This document shows, one piece after another, positions 24,238 to 33,868 of a stretch of DNA of 42,665 nucleotides. The stretch covers positions 1-42,665 of the forward strand of contig JALOBR010000001.1 in the NCBI GenBank assembly GCA_023228195.1, given 5' to 3'. The notes under the pieces were generated by a model. That model saw only the letters and a program-made list of their open reading frames with translations, had not been told where the DNA came from and made no database searches. The translations under genes were made by a program, and so were the position numbers. The first letter of the stretch is position 1; every line of letters begins with the position of its first letter. The DNA comes from Candidatus Omnitrophota bacterium (lineage in GTDB: Bacteria; Omnitrophota; Gorgyraeia; Duberdicusellales; 4484-171).

Positions 24238-24720
24238 CTAATAAGTAATAGCTAGCCTTTCGTTCTTCTCTCTTTTACTTAAAATTACTCCGTCTTCTTT
24301 GTATTTCTTAAGCATAAAATGGGTAACTGCCCCTTTTACCGAACTTAAGGGGGCGAGTTTCTCCGAAACAAAACTCGCTACCGTATGTATATCTTTTCCT
24401 TCAATCGTAAGCAGCAAATCATAAGTTCCTGAAAGAAGATAGCAGTTTTTTACTTCCGGGAACTTGAATATTCGCTCTGCCACCGCGTCAAAACCTACAT
24501 CTTTCTGGGGAGTTATTCTTACCTCAATTAAAGCAACCACCCCGTTTGAGCTTTTAAGCTTTTCTTTGTTTATTACGGCTTTATATTTTACTATTATTCC
24601 TTTTTTCTCGTAATCTTTTATCGCCTTTTCAATTTCCTTTTTACTTTTACCCGTAAGCTTTTCTAAATCTTCCAAAGGAATCCTGGCATTAGTTTCTAAT
24701 ATCTCTAATATTTCATCCAT
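24238..24720 (-). CDS. Lrp/AsnC family transcriptional regulator
   Basis: An N-terminal HTH (ILEILETNARIPLEDLEKLTGKSKKEIEKAIKDYEKKGII) and a C-terminal RAM domain of about 75 aa. Confidence 0.8.
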   Translation of the reverse strand: MDEILEILETNARIPLEDLEKLTGKSKKEIEKAIKDYEKKGIIVKYKAVINKEKLKSSNGVVALIEVRITPQKDVGFDAVAERIFKFPEVKNCYLLSGTYDLLLTIEGKDIHTVASFVSEKLAPLSSVKGAVTHFMLKKYKEDGVILSKREKNERLAITY

Positions 24721-25063
24721 ACGCTACCCCCTTTATTGTTAGGATTTTCAAACTATTTCCATTGTATTTTACCAAATTAAGCTGAATATTCATAGTAAAT
24801 TCTGCAAGTGGCCTCAAAAGACACCATGCAGGGTCCGAGGGGATTGTCCACAATGCAATTCTTTTTAAATTGCGGGCATTCGAAAGGGCTTATTTTTCCT
24901 TTTACTACTGTGAAGCTTTACTCATTGCTTCATGATAATATGGGCTTACGATTGGAATTAACACATTCCCCCGCTCACCCCCTTTGGCCGCCCTGACGCT
25001 TTACGTCAGGACAATTCGGCTAAGCATTTTTTATACAGGAGGCATAAAAGGGTGTGAGTCTCG

Positions 25064-25882
25064 TTAAACAATTTCTAGATCAAGAATGTGGTTTAAACTA
25101 ATGCGGACGTTTTTTCCCTGCTTGCTTTCATACCACAGAAAAAAACTTTTGTTTTCCTGGGACAAATTAAGCGGTTTTATGTTGTTACTCTCTATCATAT
25201 TTTGATAAGAAAGATACCTTGCCTTAAGGGGCAATTTTTCTTCAATTGCTTTTTTTATCAAGTGAAGCTTCATTTCTTCTTTAGTCCTAAAAATTTCGTT
25301 ACTTAACCCATAAAGCGATATAAAATCTTCTAAATTATCCAGGCTGCTTTCTCTTAGTATGTCTCTTAGTTTAAAGAATGCTTTTGAGGCAACATAAGCA
25401 TCGTCCATAGCACGATGCAATTTGCCTGGGCATTCTATATTAAAATATGAAACAATTTCGCTTAAATTATACCTGGGCAAACGCAGGGTCTTTCTAGCCA
25501 TGCAAAGTATGTCTATGGCAGGAAGCTCAAGCGGCTGCCGATTCATCTGCTTTAACCTGTAATTTATAAATCCCAGGTCAAAATCAATATTGTATGCCAG
25601 TATTATTGAGCCATTCAAAAAATCGACAAATTTATCCGCTATATCTTCGAAGTAAGGTGCATCTTTCAAGTCTTCGTCACAAATCCGGTGTATTCTAAAA
25701 GCCACCTCTGGCATGGGTTTTTTGGGGTTTACAAGGCTGTGGAATTTATCTATAGTTTCTCGGCCTTTTACCTTAAGCGCGCCTATTTCGCAGATAGAAT
25801 CTCCGCCTAAGGCATCTAACCCCGTTGTTTCCAAATCGAAAAATACCAGGTTAAAATCTTCTATGCTTTTCTTTAAATCCAT
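25064..25882 (-). CDS. DnaQ-like 3'-5' exonuclease (DEDDh) with an extra C-terminal domain
   Basis: ExoI FFDLETTGL, ExoII AYNIDFDLGF, ExoIII HRAMDDAY. A C-terminal region of about 90 aa is unassigned. Confidence 0.8.
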   Translation of the reverse strand: MDLKKSIEDFNLVFFDLETTGLDALGGDSICEIGALKVKGRETIDKFHSLVNPKKPMPEVAFRIHRICDEDLKDAPYFEDIADKFVDFLNGSIILAYNIDFDLGFINYRLKQMNRQPLELPAIDILCMARKTLRLPRYNLSEIVSYFNIECPGKLHRAMDDAYVASKAFFKLRDILRESSLDNLEDFISLYGLSNEIFRTKEEMKLHLIKKAIEEKLPLKARYLSYQNMIESNNIKPLNLSQENKSFFLWYESKQGKNVRISLNHILDLEIV

Positions 25883-25895
25883 CTTTTTTATTAAA

Positions 25896-26312
25896 TTAAG
25901 TTACAATTTTTACTACGATCTCTCTCTCGCGTTTGCGCGTATCAAAATCAATTAGAACAACCTGTTGCCAAGTGCCTAAATCAAGCTTTCCGTCAGTTGC
26001 CGAAACAAAAAAGTTAGTTTTTATAAAAGAACTGCGCAGGTGCGAATGGCCGTTTGCATCATTCCAAGTAAGGTTGTGTGCATAATTTTTATCAAAAGGT
26101 ATAGTTTTTTCAAAAATTTCTTTTAAATCCGTTACTAACCCGGGCTCATATTCCATGGTAGTTATAGCCGCGGTTGAGCCGATGACCGAAAGAAACATTA
26201 GTGCATCTTTCAGCTTTTCTTCTATCAGTATTTTTTCTAGTTGTTTTGTAATATCAATTATATCGGTATTTCCTTTGGTGCTTGTCCTTATATACTTAGT
26301 CAACATAGGCAT
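25896..26312 (-). CDS. yjbQ: YjbQ/UPF0047 family protein (secondary thiamine-phosphate synthase-like)
   Basis: GSTAAITTMEYEPGL, NGHSHLRSS, LGTWQQVVLIDFD. The start at 26312 overlaps the upstream stop as TAATG. Confidence 0.75.
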   Translation of the reverse strand: MPMLTKYIRTSTKGNTDIIDITKQLEKILIEEKLKDALMFLSVIGSTAAITTMEYEPGLVTDLKEIFEKTIPFDKNYAHNLTWNDANGHSHLRSSFIKTNFFVSATDGKLDLGTWQQVVLIDFDTRKREREIVVKIVT

Positions 26313-26632
26313 TATTTTATGAAACTGCCCGGCAGACACTGCCTGTCTGTCGTAAGTATTACTATTTTATCCTCTGAATGAGCGGCAAGAAGCATTCCGT
26401 TTGATTCAACTCCTCTTAACATTTTAGGTTCAAGATTTACAACTATAACTGCGGATTTTCCGACTAATTCCTCTGGCGTATAATAGTTCCTTATTCCGGC
26501 TACCAGTTGAGTTGTTTTTTCTCCCAAGTCTACTTTTATCACGTAAAGCTTATCCGCGTTCGGATGAACAGCTACTTCCAAAATTTTACCTACTTTTAGC
26601 TCCAGTTTTGAAAAATCTTCAAATGTTGCCAT
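26312..26632 (-). CDS. csaA: tRNA-binding domain protein (CsaA/EMAP-II-like)
   Basis: FSKLELKVGKILEV..HPNADKLYVIKVDLGE...VAGIRNYYTPEELVGK..VVNLEP..LRGVESNGMLLAA. The start was set at MATFEDF (26632), preceded by AGGAGG. Confidence 0.8.
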   Translation of the reverse strand: MATFEDFSKLELKVGKILEVAVHPNADKLYVIKVDLGEKTTQLVAGIRNYYTPEELVGKSAVIVVNLEPKMLRGVESNGMLLAAHSEDKIVILTTDRQCLPGSFIK

Positions 26633-26782
26633 ATTTTCCTCCTTTCTAAATAACACCTATAATATGCTTCTCAGCAGCCTGGCAGGCGTTTAGCCTGTTA
26701 GCGGGAAATTACGCTTATACTATCAATATAAAATAGGGGGTATTCTAACAACGGAAGCCGCTAAAGTAAACAATTTATTTAG

Positions 26783-27712
26783 CTACTTAAATTTCTTTAC
26801 AAATTCTATCTTTTCGATGCCCTGCGCAGGATGCGTTTTAACCGTTAGCTCATCCAGATAGATGTCAATCATATCAGGCGTTACGCTAAATTCATAGATA
26901 TCCGTTTCGCCCTCAGAAAATGTTTTTTTAAAATGGCCGAAAAGATGATTGTTTTTATATAATGAAATTTCGGGATTCTCTGATTTTTTCATATAAATCT
27001 TTACATCCAAAGCAATATTTATATGTGGAAAATTGTATTTCTTAAAATCTATTTCCGGCCCCGGCATAAACACAACGAAACCTAATTGCCTTTTTTTCTC
27101 ATCGAAATAAAGGCTAGCCGACCCCCTCACGTCTTCTTTAACTTCCTTCATAACATTACGCCAGGCTATATTGCGGCCATAATATAGCGTCAAAAGAATA
27201 TTGCTAAAAGCTTCTTTTTCTTTTTTGTTTTTCAGGCAATATTTTGAAAAATATAAATAATTGCGGTAATATGTCGGGTAAAGTTCAATTGCTTTTAGCA
27301 TTTCATTTTTCGCCTTATCATCTTTCACCTGGGCATAAAACCACCCAAGTTTTAAATGATATTCGAAATTAATAGGATTGAAGCTTACAGCTTTAATGTA
27401 TAAATTTTCAATTTCTTTTTCTTTAATATGCTCCATGCTGCTTAAATTTTCGCTAAGCGCGCTGAAAAGTAAATCTGCCTTTAAAGCTAAGTAATCAGCA
27501 TTCAGCCTATTCAATATTGTGGCCTGCGACACAAAAGAGATAGCATCGTTGTAATAATTTATTTTTTCTATTTTTACTATTGGCGCTTTCATGCTCAAAG
27601 TTTTCTCATAAAGAATATATGCTTTTAAATTAAAAAATATGGCCACGATAAACACGACTATAACTGTTGACATAAAAATCAAGAATAAACTGCCAATATT
27701 TTTTTCTTTCAT
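26783..27712 (-). CDS. Membrane-anchored TPR-like protein of unknown function (first gene of the glycan locus in transcription-distal order)
   Basis: N-terminal TM helix LFLIFMSTVIVVFIVAIFF. Helical repeats (AVSFNPINFEYHLKLGWFYAQ, AIELYPTYYRNYLYFSKY). Confidence 0.45.
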   Translation of the reverse strand: MKEKNIGSLFLIFMSTVIVVFIVAIFFNLKAYILYEKTLSMKAPIVKIEKINYYNDAISFVSQATILNRLNADYLALKADLLFSALSENLSSMEHIKEKEIENLYIKAVSFNPINFEYHLKLGWFYAQVKDDKAKNEMLKAIELYPTYYRNYLYFSKYCLKNKKEKEAFSNILLTLYYGRNIAWRNVMKEVKEDVRGSASLYFDEKKRQLGFVVFMPGPEIDFKKYNFPHINIALDVKIYMKKSENPEISLYKNNHLFGHFKKTFSEGETDIYEFSVTPDMIDIYLDELTVKTHPAQGIEKIEFVKKFK

Positions 27713-27724
27713 ACCTTTAATAAT

Positions 27725-29053
27725 TTATTCATCTTCTGTTGTTCCTGAGGAGTAAAAATGTGTAGATAAGCATTTGTAAGTTAGCCCTAAGAGGAACCAA
27801 AATAAAAGCGCTACTGCGGGAATATGAAAATTAAAATCGACAAAACTATGCATAATAACACCAAGCAGCCCACAAAAGCCCCCCATAATTATAGTTTTGG
27901 CAAATGGATCATGCCTCTTATTTAACCCAACCAGGACATTCTTAAAAAGATTAAAGAAGAAAACCAATGATAACGTTGCACAAATCAGGCCAGTTTCAAT
28001 AAGAAACTGCAGATGATCGTTATGCAAATAATCATAGTAAATAGTAGCTTGTTTGCTTTTCTGGTAAAGGGTAAAAACATATTTAAAATTGCCTAGCCCA
28101 ATTCCAAAAAAAGGAAAATTCTTTAAAATATTAAGGGAATCGGACACCGTAAGCCACCTGCCCACTAAGCCATCCCTTAAGATGCTCATTCTGTCTTGTA
28201 TCGGGCCAAAGCCTGACAAAGAAACCAATATAAACGCAAAAATAACTACCGCGGCAATTATCCAATATTGCTTACCATGCGATTTTTCTTTCACAACAAG
28301 ATAAAACAGAAAGGCCAATGAAATTATCAGGCTTATCGAGCCTGCACGTGACAACGAAAGAAAAACTGCTGAGCAAATTATCGTAGAGATAAAACCAAAT
28401 ATTATCTTTTTGTTTTTGTTTTTGCAGTATAACGCATATGTCACGGAAAGAGGGGCAATCATTATCATATACGCTGCAAAATGATTCCTGTTCCCGAATG
28501 TGCTAAACGACAGAGTAATTTGTTTTTGCAAAAAGAAATATTTTGTGACGACTCCGTAAAAAGACAACAAAAGCCCCAGAAAAATAAGAATTAATGTTAT
28601 TCTTTCAAATTGTTCTTTTTTTTCAAAAATATTTAAAACGCAGACAAAAACAAAAAGAAAAGAAACGAATTTTATAAGTTCTTCTATGGTTGCAAGAGGG
28701 TAGAAAGATAGTTGCGAAAAACCAAAATTGCTGAAATCAAGGCTATATTGCTGTCTAAGAAGGTAAGTGTGCGGTGAAATTATTCTTAGAAGAAAGTTAG
28801 GCACAGATACTATCTGAAAAAAAATAATCAATAGAGAAAATACCAGAAAAATTACTCTGGGGGGATAAACCAGCTTTCGGTTAGAAATTTTTATGTGAAT
28901 AATAAACGACAAAAATACACAAAGCGAAATTACCTCTATAATAAAAAGCGGTAGGTGGCCGACTGAACCATGAAGAAGCGAACTGAAAATTATGAGAAGG
29001 ATCAAAAACCATTCTAGAATTTTCACATTATTTTTTTTGCTGTTGGGTAGCAA
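27725..29053 (-). CDS. O-antigen ligase / Wzy-like polymerase family membrane protein
   Basis: About 10-12 TM helices with the Wzy_C-like segment FLSLSRAGSISLIISLAF. Confidence 0.6.
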   Translation of the reverse strand: MLPNSKKNNVKILEWFLILLIIFSSLLHGSVGHLPLFIIEVISLCVFLSFIIHIKISNRKLVYPPRVIFLVFSLLIIFFQIVSVPNFLLRIISPHTYLLRQQYSLDFSNFGFSQLSFYPLATIEELIKFVSFLFVFVCVLNIFEKKEQFERITLILIFLGLLLSFYGVVTKYFFLQKQITLSFSTFGNRNHFAAYMIMIAPLSVTYALYCKNKNKKIIFGFISTIICSAVFLSLSRAGSISLIISLAFLFYLVVKEKSHGKQYWIIAAVVIFAFILVSLSGFGPIQDRMSILRDGLVGRWLTVSDSLNILKNFPFFGIGLGNFKYVFTLYQKSKQATIYYDYLHNDHLQFLIETGLICATLSLVFFFNLFKNVLVGLNKRHDPFAKTIIMGGFCGLLGVIMHSFVDFNFHIPAVALLFWFLLGLTYKCLSTHFYSSGTTEDE

Positions 29054-30864
29054 TAATGATAATAATAGTAGTGGTCTTGCCCCATATTTGTGTTATTTAA
29101 AATTGCGCCTATTAATTTTACGCGCGTATCCATAATTTTTCTAGTCTCTAATATATATTTTATCGAGGTGTGCCCTGATCTTATAACAAAAAGTACACCG
29201 TCACATTTATCCCCTAAAATCAAAGCCTCTGATACATTCAATATCGGGGTCGAGTCGATTATTATTCTTTTGTACCTCTTCTCCAGCTCGCGTAAAACTA
29301 AAGGCAGCTTTTCGGAACCAAGCAACTCTGTAGGATTTGGGGTATAAGGCCCGGCCGAAAGTATAGACAAGCTAGGAATAGAGGTAGTCGATATTGCATC
29401 TTCTATTGAACACATACCTGTAAGCAAAGTACTTAGCCCATTTTTTGGTTTCACCCCAAAAGCCTGATGCAAATTGCCTTTACGCATATCCGCGTCTATA
29501 AGCAAGGTTGGTTCTCCGGCCTGAGCGAATATTATGGCGAGGTTTGAGGAAACAAAACTTTTGCCTTCTGCCGGGATAGAACTGGTAACCACAACTGTTC
29601 TTAAAGACTTATCCTGCGGAAAAGAAAAAAGCAGAGAGACCTTAAGGTTCCTAAATGATTCCGCGGCCCTTGAACGAGGCTCTACAAAAGAAACCAAATT
29701 GATATTTTTATTTTTTGCCGTTCCTTCTTTCGTTGACGGGATATAACCAAGAAACGGAAGTTTTACATAAAACTCAACTTCATCGGAGGTCTTGATAGTT
29801 GAATCCATTTTTTCCAGGAATAATGCCAACAATGCTCCTGATACCAACCCCACCATAAAGGCTAATGGAATCTCTTTTTCCGGATTAGGTTTTATGGGAC
29901 TTTTTGGCTCTTGCGCTGGATCAATCACTCTTATGTTTGAAAGCGTTAGCTCTTTAGAAACATCCAATTCTTTCGCGCGTTTAAGAAAGTCGTCGTACAA
30001 AGAATTGTAAGTGTTTACTTTCCTTTTTAGGATACCATATTCTGACATTTTTTCCTGCAATCCCAACTTCTTATCTGTTTCTTCATTTAATTTATCTTCA
30101 ACAACTCTTAATTGCGTTAAAAGAGAAATCATTTTGGGATGTTTTTCTTTATACCTTTGTGATGCATCAGCCACTTCTTTTCCTAATTGAGCTCTTTGCC
30201 CTTTTAAACTTTCTAATAATGCGTCAGTTTTTGTTTCAATATCTGGTATGGTAACTATTCGGTTGTCTTTTATAAAAGTATTTAAATCCTTTTCCGAATC
30301 ATTTAATTTTTTAAGAGTGTCTGTCAGCTGGCTCTCTAAAAAAGTTATACCATACTTAGCGGTCCCGACTTTCCTTTCAATATCCTGATAAATAAATTCC
30401 CTCACCCATGCATTTGCAATTGCCGTGATTTTTATAGGGTTTTTCCCTTCCACCGATATTATTGCAGTAGCGCCTTGACGTGCCGGTTCTATTTTTACCA
30501 TAGCAAGAAGCTGTCCCGCGGGGTCTTTTGAATTCATAAATTCCGGATCACGGTCTAATTCTAAGACTTTAACAACACGCTCTGCCAAAGAGCGAGATAA
30601 CGCAATATTAATTTGGGTCAGGTAATAATCTTTGCCTGTAACTTCTCGTTCATAAACGTCTTCGATTTTATCTGCAATTTTTGTTTTTTCCATTTCCACA
30701 ACAACTGTTGTTGTAGCCCTATATATTTTGGGAGAAGAAAATTCATAAAATGAAACGGTTCCAACAATAACTAACGTAACCGCGGATATAAGCATAAAAT
30801 GCTTACGCAATAAATCAAAATAATCTTTTATCGTTAGTTCTTTTACTTCTGCTGGTGGTATCAT
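29023..30864 (-). CDS. wzc: Polysaccharide co-polymerase / tyrosine autokinase (Wzc/GumC-like)
   Basis: Wzz-type N-terminus with 2 TM helices and a coiled coil. Walker A SSIPAEGKS, Walker A' LLIDADMRKG, Walker B IIIDSTPIL. C-terminal Tyr cluster DHYYYYHYCY. Confidence 0.85.
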   Translation of the reverse strand: MIPPAEVKELTIKDYFDLLRKHFMLISAVTLVIVGTVSFYEFSSPKIYRATTTVVVEMEKTKIADKIEDVYEREVTGKDYYLTQINIALSRSLAERVVKVLELDRDPEFMNSKDPAGQLLAMVKIEPARQGATAIISVEGKNPIKITAIANAWVREFIYQDIERKVGTAKYGITFLESQLTDTLKKLNDSEKDLNTFIKDNRIVTIPDIETKTDALLESLKGQRAQLGKEVADASQRYKEKHPKMISLLTQLRVVEDKLNEETDKKLGLQEKMSEYGILKRKVNTYNSLYDDFLKRAKELDVSKELTLSNIRVIDPAQEPKSPIKPNPEKEIPLAFMVGLVSGALLALFLEKMDSTIKTSDEVEFYVKLPFLGYIPSTKEGTAKNKNINLVSFVEPRSRAAESFRNLKVSLLFSFPQDKSLRTVVVTSSIPAEGKSFVSSNLAIIFAQAGEPTLLIDADMRKGNLHQAFGVKPKNGLSTLLTGMCSIEDAISTTSIPSLSILSAGPYTPNPTELLGSEKLPLVLRELEKRYKRIIIDSTPILNVSEALILGDKCDGVLFVIRSGHTSIKYILETRKIMDTRVKLIGAILNNTNMGQDHYYYYHYCYPTAKKIM

Positions 30865-30910
30865 AATTATTAAAAACTCCTAATAATCGCCTCCGATTTC
30901 GTAGGTGCAA

Positions 30911-31747
30911 TTAAAAAAACGATTCAGGAATAGAAACTATGTCGCCTTCTTTTAACATTACATCCTTTGATTTATCTCCGCTTTTTAAAATGTGTGCTAC
31001 CGGGACATTAAATATTTCTTTTTTACCTTCTTTTGTCTCTCTTATCACCTTAACAGCATTTTGATTGGCTATATCGGAAAATCCTCCGGCTGAAGCTATC
31101 GCATCAACAGCAGTAAGGCCCTTGGTAAATGCGTAATTGCCGGGCCTCCTTACCTCTCCCAGAACAGAAATTGCTCCATATTTTTCAACAATAATCCTAT
31201 CCAAAGATTCAAGCATGAAATCTTTTCCTTTAGTATACAAATCCACGTTATATTGCTTTTCTTCTTTGCCTAGATTTCTTACAACTTTTATATTTGATAA
31301 ATTTGCATTAGGGTTTGCCCCGCCGGCTAAAGCTATTGCGTCAAGCAGAGTTAAGTTTCCTTTTAGCTCAAATCTTCCTTCTTCTTTGACCGCTCCGACA
31401 ATGAAGAATTTTGAATATTCTTTCACGAAAATATTCACCTGCGGATTTACAAAATAATCTTTTCTAAGAAAAGCCTCTATCGCGTCAACTGCCTCTTTTA
31501 ATGTCATATTTATGACATTCATCTCACCAATAAACGGATAAATTATCTTTCCTTCTTCGGTAACCTTAACTGTTTTCACTAAATCAGGCTCTCCGTATAC
31601 CGAAATTTCCAGTGTATCTCCGGCTTTTATGCGATATGAAGAATTATCCTCCCCAAAAGCTATGGCTTGTCCAAAACCCTCATTGATTCCAAAAGGATAA
31701 GAAATAAGAATACTTATGGAAAAAAATATTAGTAAAACTAGCCTCAT
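30911..31747 (-). CDS. wza: Polysaccharide export protein (Wza-like; Poly_export + SLBB domains)
   Basis: Signal peptide. YRIKAGDTLEISVYGEPDL, PFIGEMNV, and two SLBB-like repeats (LLDAIALAGG, AVDAIASAGG). Confidence 0.85.
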   Translation of the reverse strand: MRLVLLIFFSISILISYPFGINEGFGQAIAFGEDNSSYRIKAGDTLEISVYGEPDLVKTVKVTEEGKIIYPFIGEMNVINMTLKEAVDAIEAFLRKDYFVNPQVNIFVKEYSKFFIVGAVKEEGRFELKGNLTLLDAIALAGGANPNANLSNIKVVRNLGKEEKQYNVDLYTKGKDFMLESLDRIIVEKYGAISVLGEVRRPGNYAFTKGLTAVDAIASAGGFSDIANQNAVKVIRETKEGKKEIFNVPVAHILKSGDKSKDVMLKEGDIVSIPESFF

Positions 31748-31749
31748 CG

Positions 31750-33303
31750 TTAGAACTCCGAAAACATGCTTAATTCAATCCTATTGTTTCTATAGTCGTT
31801 AAACTGTGCCTTAGAATCCCTGTTTTGAAAGGTGTAGCCTATTCCAAACATAAGCCAATCTTTAAGTTTATACTCCGGTTTAAACGACACTTCCCAATAA
31901 TTATCCTTAGTTTGGTAATCCGAACCTCTTTGCCAATAACCGACCTTACTCTTTACTCGTAATTTCTTCAAGAATGGAGGCAAATAGCTAATGCCAACAG
32001 AAGCCCCCTTATACTTAGTTACGCCTTCAGTAATCAAGTTAAGACTACCCAACCCATTCATGACGTCTAAATTATAATGCAAACGAGGCGAAGCTTTATA
32101 TGTTAATAACGCACTGAATACAGTTCCGTTTAAATCTTTTAGAGTTTTTCTTCTGTTAAAATTATAACCTACTTTGATTGTGCCTTCAAGTTTCCTAAAA
32201 ATTTTCCCATTCAAACCCAGGATAGGCCTGTCATAATCATAATTGCTTTCTGTATTTTTATCGTAATTTAACCAGCCATGGGCGTATTCCGCAAAAAGTT
32301 TTGTTTTTGGCAAAATTTTTATTGAACTCCTCAAAGCAATTACGTCTTTGGCGTGGTTCGATAACTTAAATTCCTCATCCTCGTAACTGTACAAAGACTT
32401 ATTATATTGAAAATTAACATCGAATCTGTTGAAATTAATTTTAAAATCTTGGCTCATATCATACTGCCAGGAATCTATAAACTCTTTTATTTCCTCATCG
32501 GCAAGATCGCTGGGCGTACCCCGAAGGCGCCTGCTGTAAGCGGAAGTGATAAAACCAAGGTTACCAAAATTATACCTGAGAAACCCTTTTGCAAAAGGAC
32601 TCGCAGTATTGTGCTGGCTGTTCTTTGCATACGTTAGGACATTTGCTCCGGTGTTTAAATATACATCGAAATTCTTTGAGTTTGTTTTGGTTTTAAATTC
32701 AAAACCAGGATATAATTGTGTTATATAATCATATGTTTCATTTCCTTTCACATGATAAATATTATCATTAAATTCTCCTTTTCCAATTATAAAAGGATGT
32801 GTATTTTTTAATATGCCTTTTATGTAATTTGGCTTTTTTTCGATAGCCCCCGTTGATTTTGTGTCTTTTTTTAGCTCATTTTTTTTGGAAACAAAGGTAT
32901 CTTTTTCTTTAAGTTTATCTGAAGCCTTGGAAAAAGACAATTTCGTGCCATATCCTTTTTCATTTTCTCTTGATTTCAACAACGCTTCCCTTTTTTCTGC
33001 TTTGCTTTTTTTCCTTATAGCTTTCTTTGCTTTTATTTCTTCCATCGAAATTGCTTTATTCACTTTTTTTTGTTTATTTTCCACTTGTATCAACTTATAT
33101 GATTTTGAGAAATATCCCGGAGAAGATATCCTTTCTCCCTGCCGTACTGTTTCTTCCAATTGCTTTTTTACTTTCGTATCTTTTTCTTCTGTCTTATCTG
33201 TATAAAAATCAAGGGTGTAAGACACAAGGTCTTTGCGCGATAATTCCGCATAAACCGAATTCAATAGCAGTAAATTAATACAAAAAACTAAAGCTATTTT
33301 CAC
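31750..33303 (-). CDS. Outer-membrane beta-barrel protein (EPS-associated porin-like) with a Lys-rich N-terminal region
   Basis: Signal peptide. An alternating hydrophobic beta-strand pattern over the C-terminal about 330 aa, with terminal ...ELSMFSEF (C-terminal Phe). Confidence 0.55.
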   Translation of the reverse strand: MKIALVFCINLLLLNSVYAELSRKDLVSYTLDFYTDKTEEKDTKVKKQLEETVRQGERISSPGYFSKSYKLIQVENKQKKVNKAISMEEIKAKKAIRKKSKAEKREALLKSRENEKGYGTKLSFSKASDKLKEKDTFVSKKNELKKDTKSTGAIEKKPNYIKGILKNTHPFIIGKGEFNDNIYHVKGNETYDYITQLYPGFEFKTKTNSKNFDVYLNTGANVLTYAKNSQHNTASPFAKGFLRYNFGNLGFITSAYSRRLRGTPSDLADEEIKEFIDSWQYDMSQDFKINFNRFDVNFQYNKSLYSYEDEEFKLSNHAKDVIALRSSIKILPKTKLFAEYAHGWLNYDKNTESNYDYDRPILGLNGKIFRKLEGTIKVGYNFNRRKTLKDLNGTVFSALLTYKASPRLHYNLDVMNGLGSLNLITEGVTKYKGASVGISYLPPFLKKLRVKSKVGYWQRGSDYQTKDNYWEVSFKPEYKLKDWLMFGIGYTFQNRDSKAQFNDYRNNRIELSMFSEF

Positions 33304-33319
33304 TTTAGAATTATATTTA

Positions 33320-33868
33320 TTAACTATTTGCCTTGTTTTTAATCAAGCTTAGAGCTATTGAAAAGAGCAATAAGGCATTGACAATGTTAAGCCAGGTTAG
33401 CGCGCTAAAAAAGAGAGATGGAATTAAGTTAAATCTTGTTGATAGCGCTATGACACCGGCGATGACCCCTAAACAAATAAAAATTGACGCAAGAATCTTC
33501 ATGTCAGCCTCCTTTGTTTTCTCGAAGGTATGTCCTATTTTTTTAGCTATAAACTTTTTAACGTCTTCACCCAAATCCAAGAACTCAACAGCCACATCAA
33601 ATCCGCCCATAGTCTCTAAATTCTCTGCCCGCAAGACCTTGGCTTTTATTTTTACGGAATCAGGTGATGGCGGAAAACTTATATCTAATTCTAAAATGCT
33701 TGCCGGTTTCATATATTCATTTGAATGGAAAAGAGTACCGCCCGCACTTATATTTCTTACAAAAGAAAGTACACCTTCTTTGCCTGATCCATCAAGCAAT
33801 TTATACTTAAGAAGATGGTGCGCATTCAGCCGTAAAAACCGTCTTTTATTTCTTCCGAGTAGGTTCAT
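33320..33868 (-). CDS. PilZ domain protein with two C-terminal TM helices
   Basis: Canonical PilZ motifs RRFLR and NISAGG. C-terminal helices ILASIFICLGVIAGVIAL and ALTWLNIVNALLLFSIALSLI. The start overlaps the upstream stop (TAATG). Confidence 0.8.
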   Translation of the reverse strand: MNLLGRNKRRFLRLNAHHLLKYKLLDGSGKEGVLSFVRNISAGGTLFHSNEYMKPASILELDISFPPSPDSVKIKAKVLRAENLETMGGFDVAVEFLDLGEDVKKFIAKKIGHTFEKTKEADMKILASIFICLGVIAGVIALSTRFNLIPSLFFSALTWLNIVNALLLFSIALSLIKNKANS

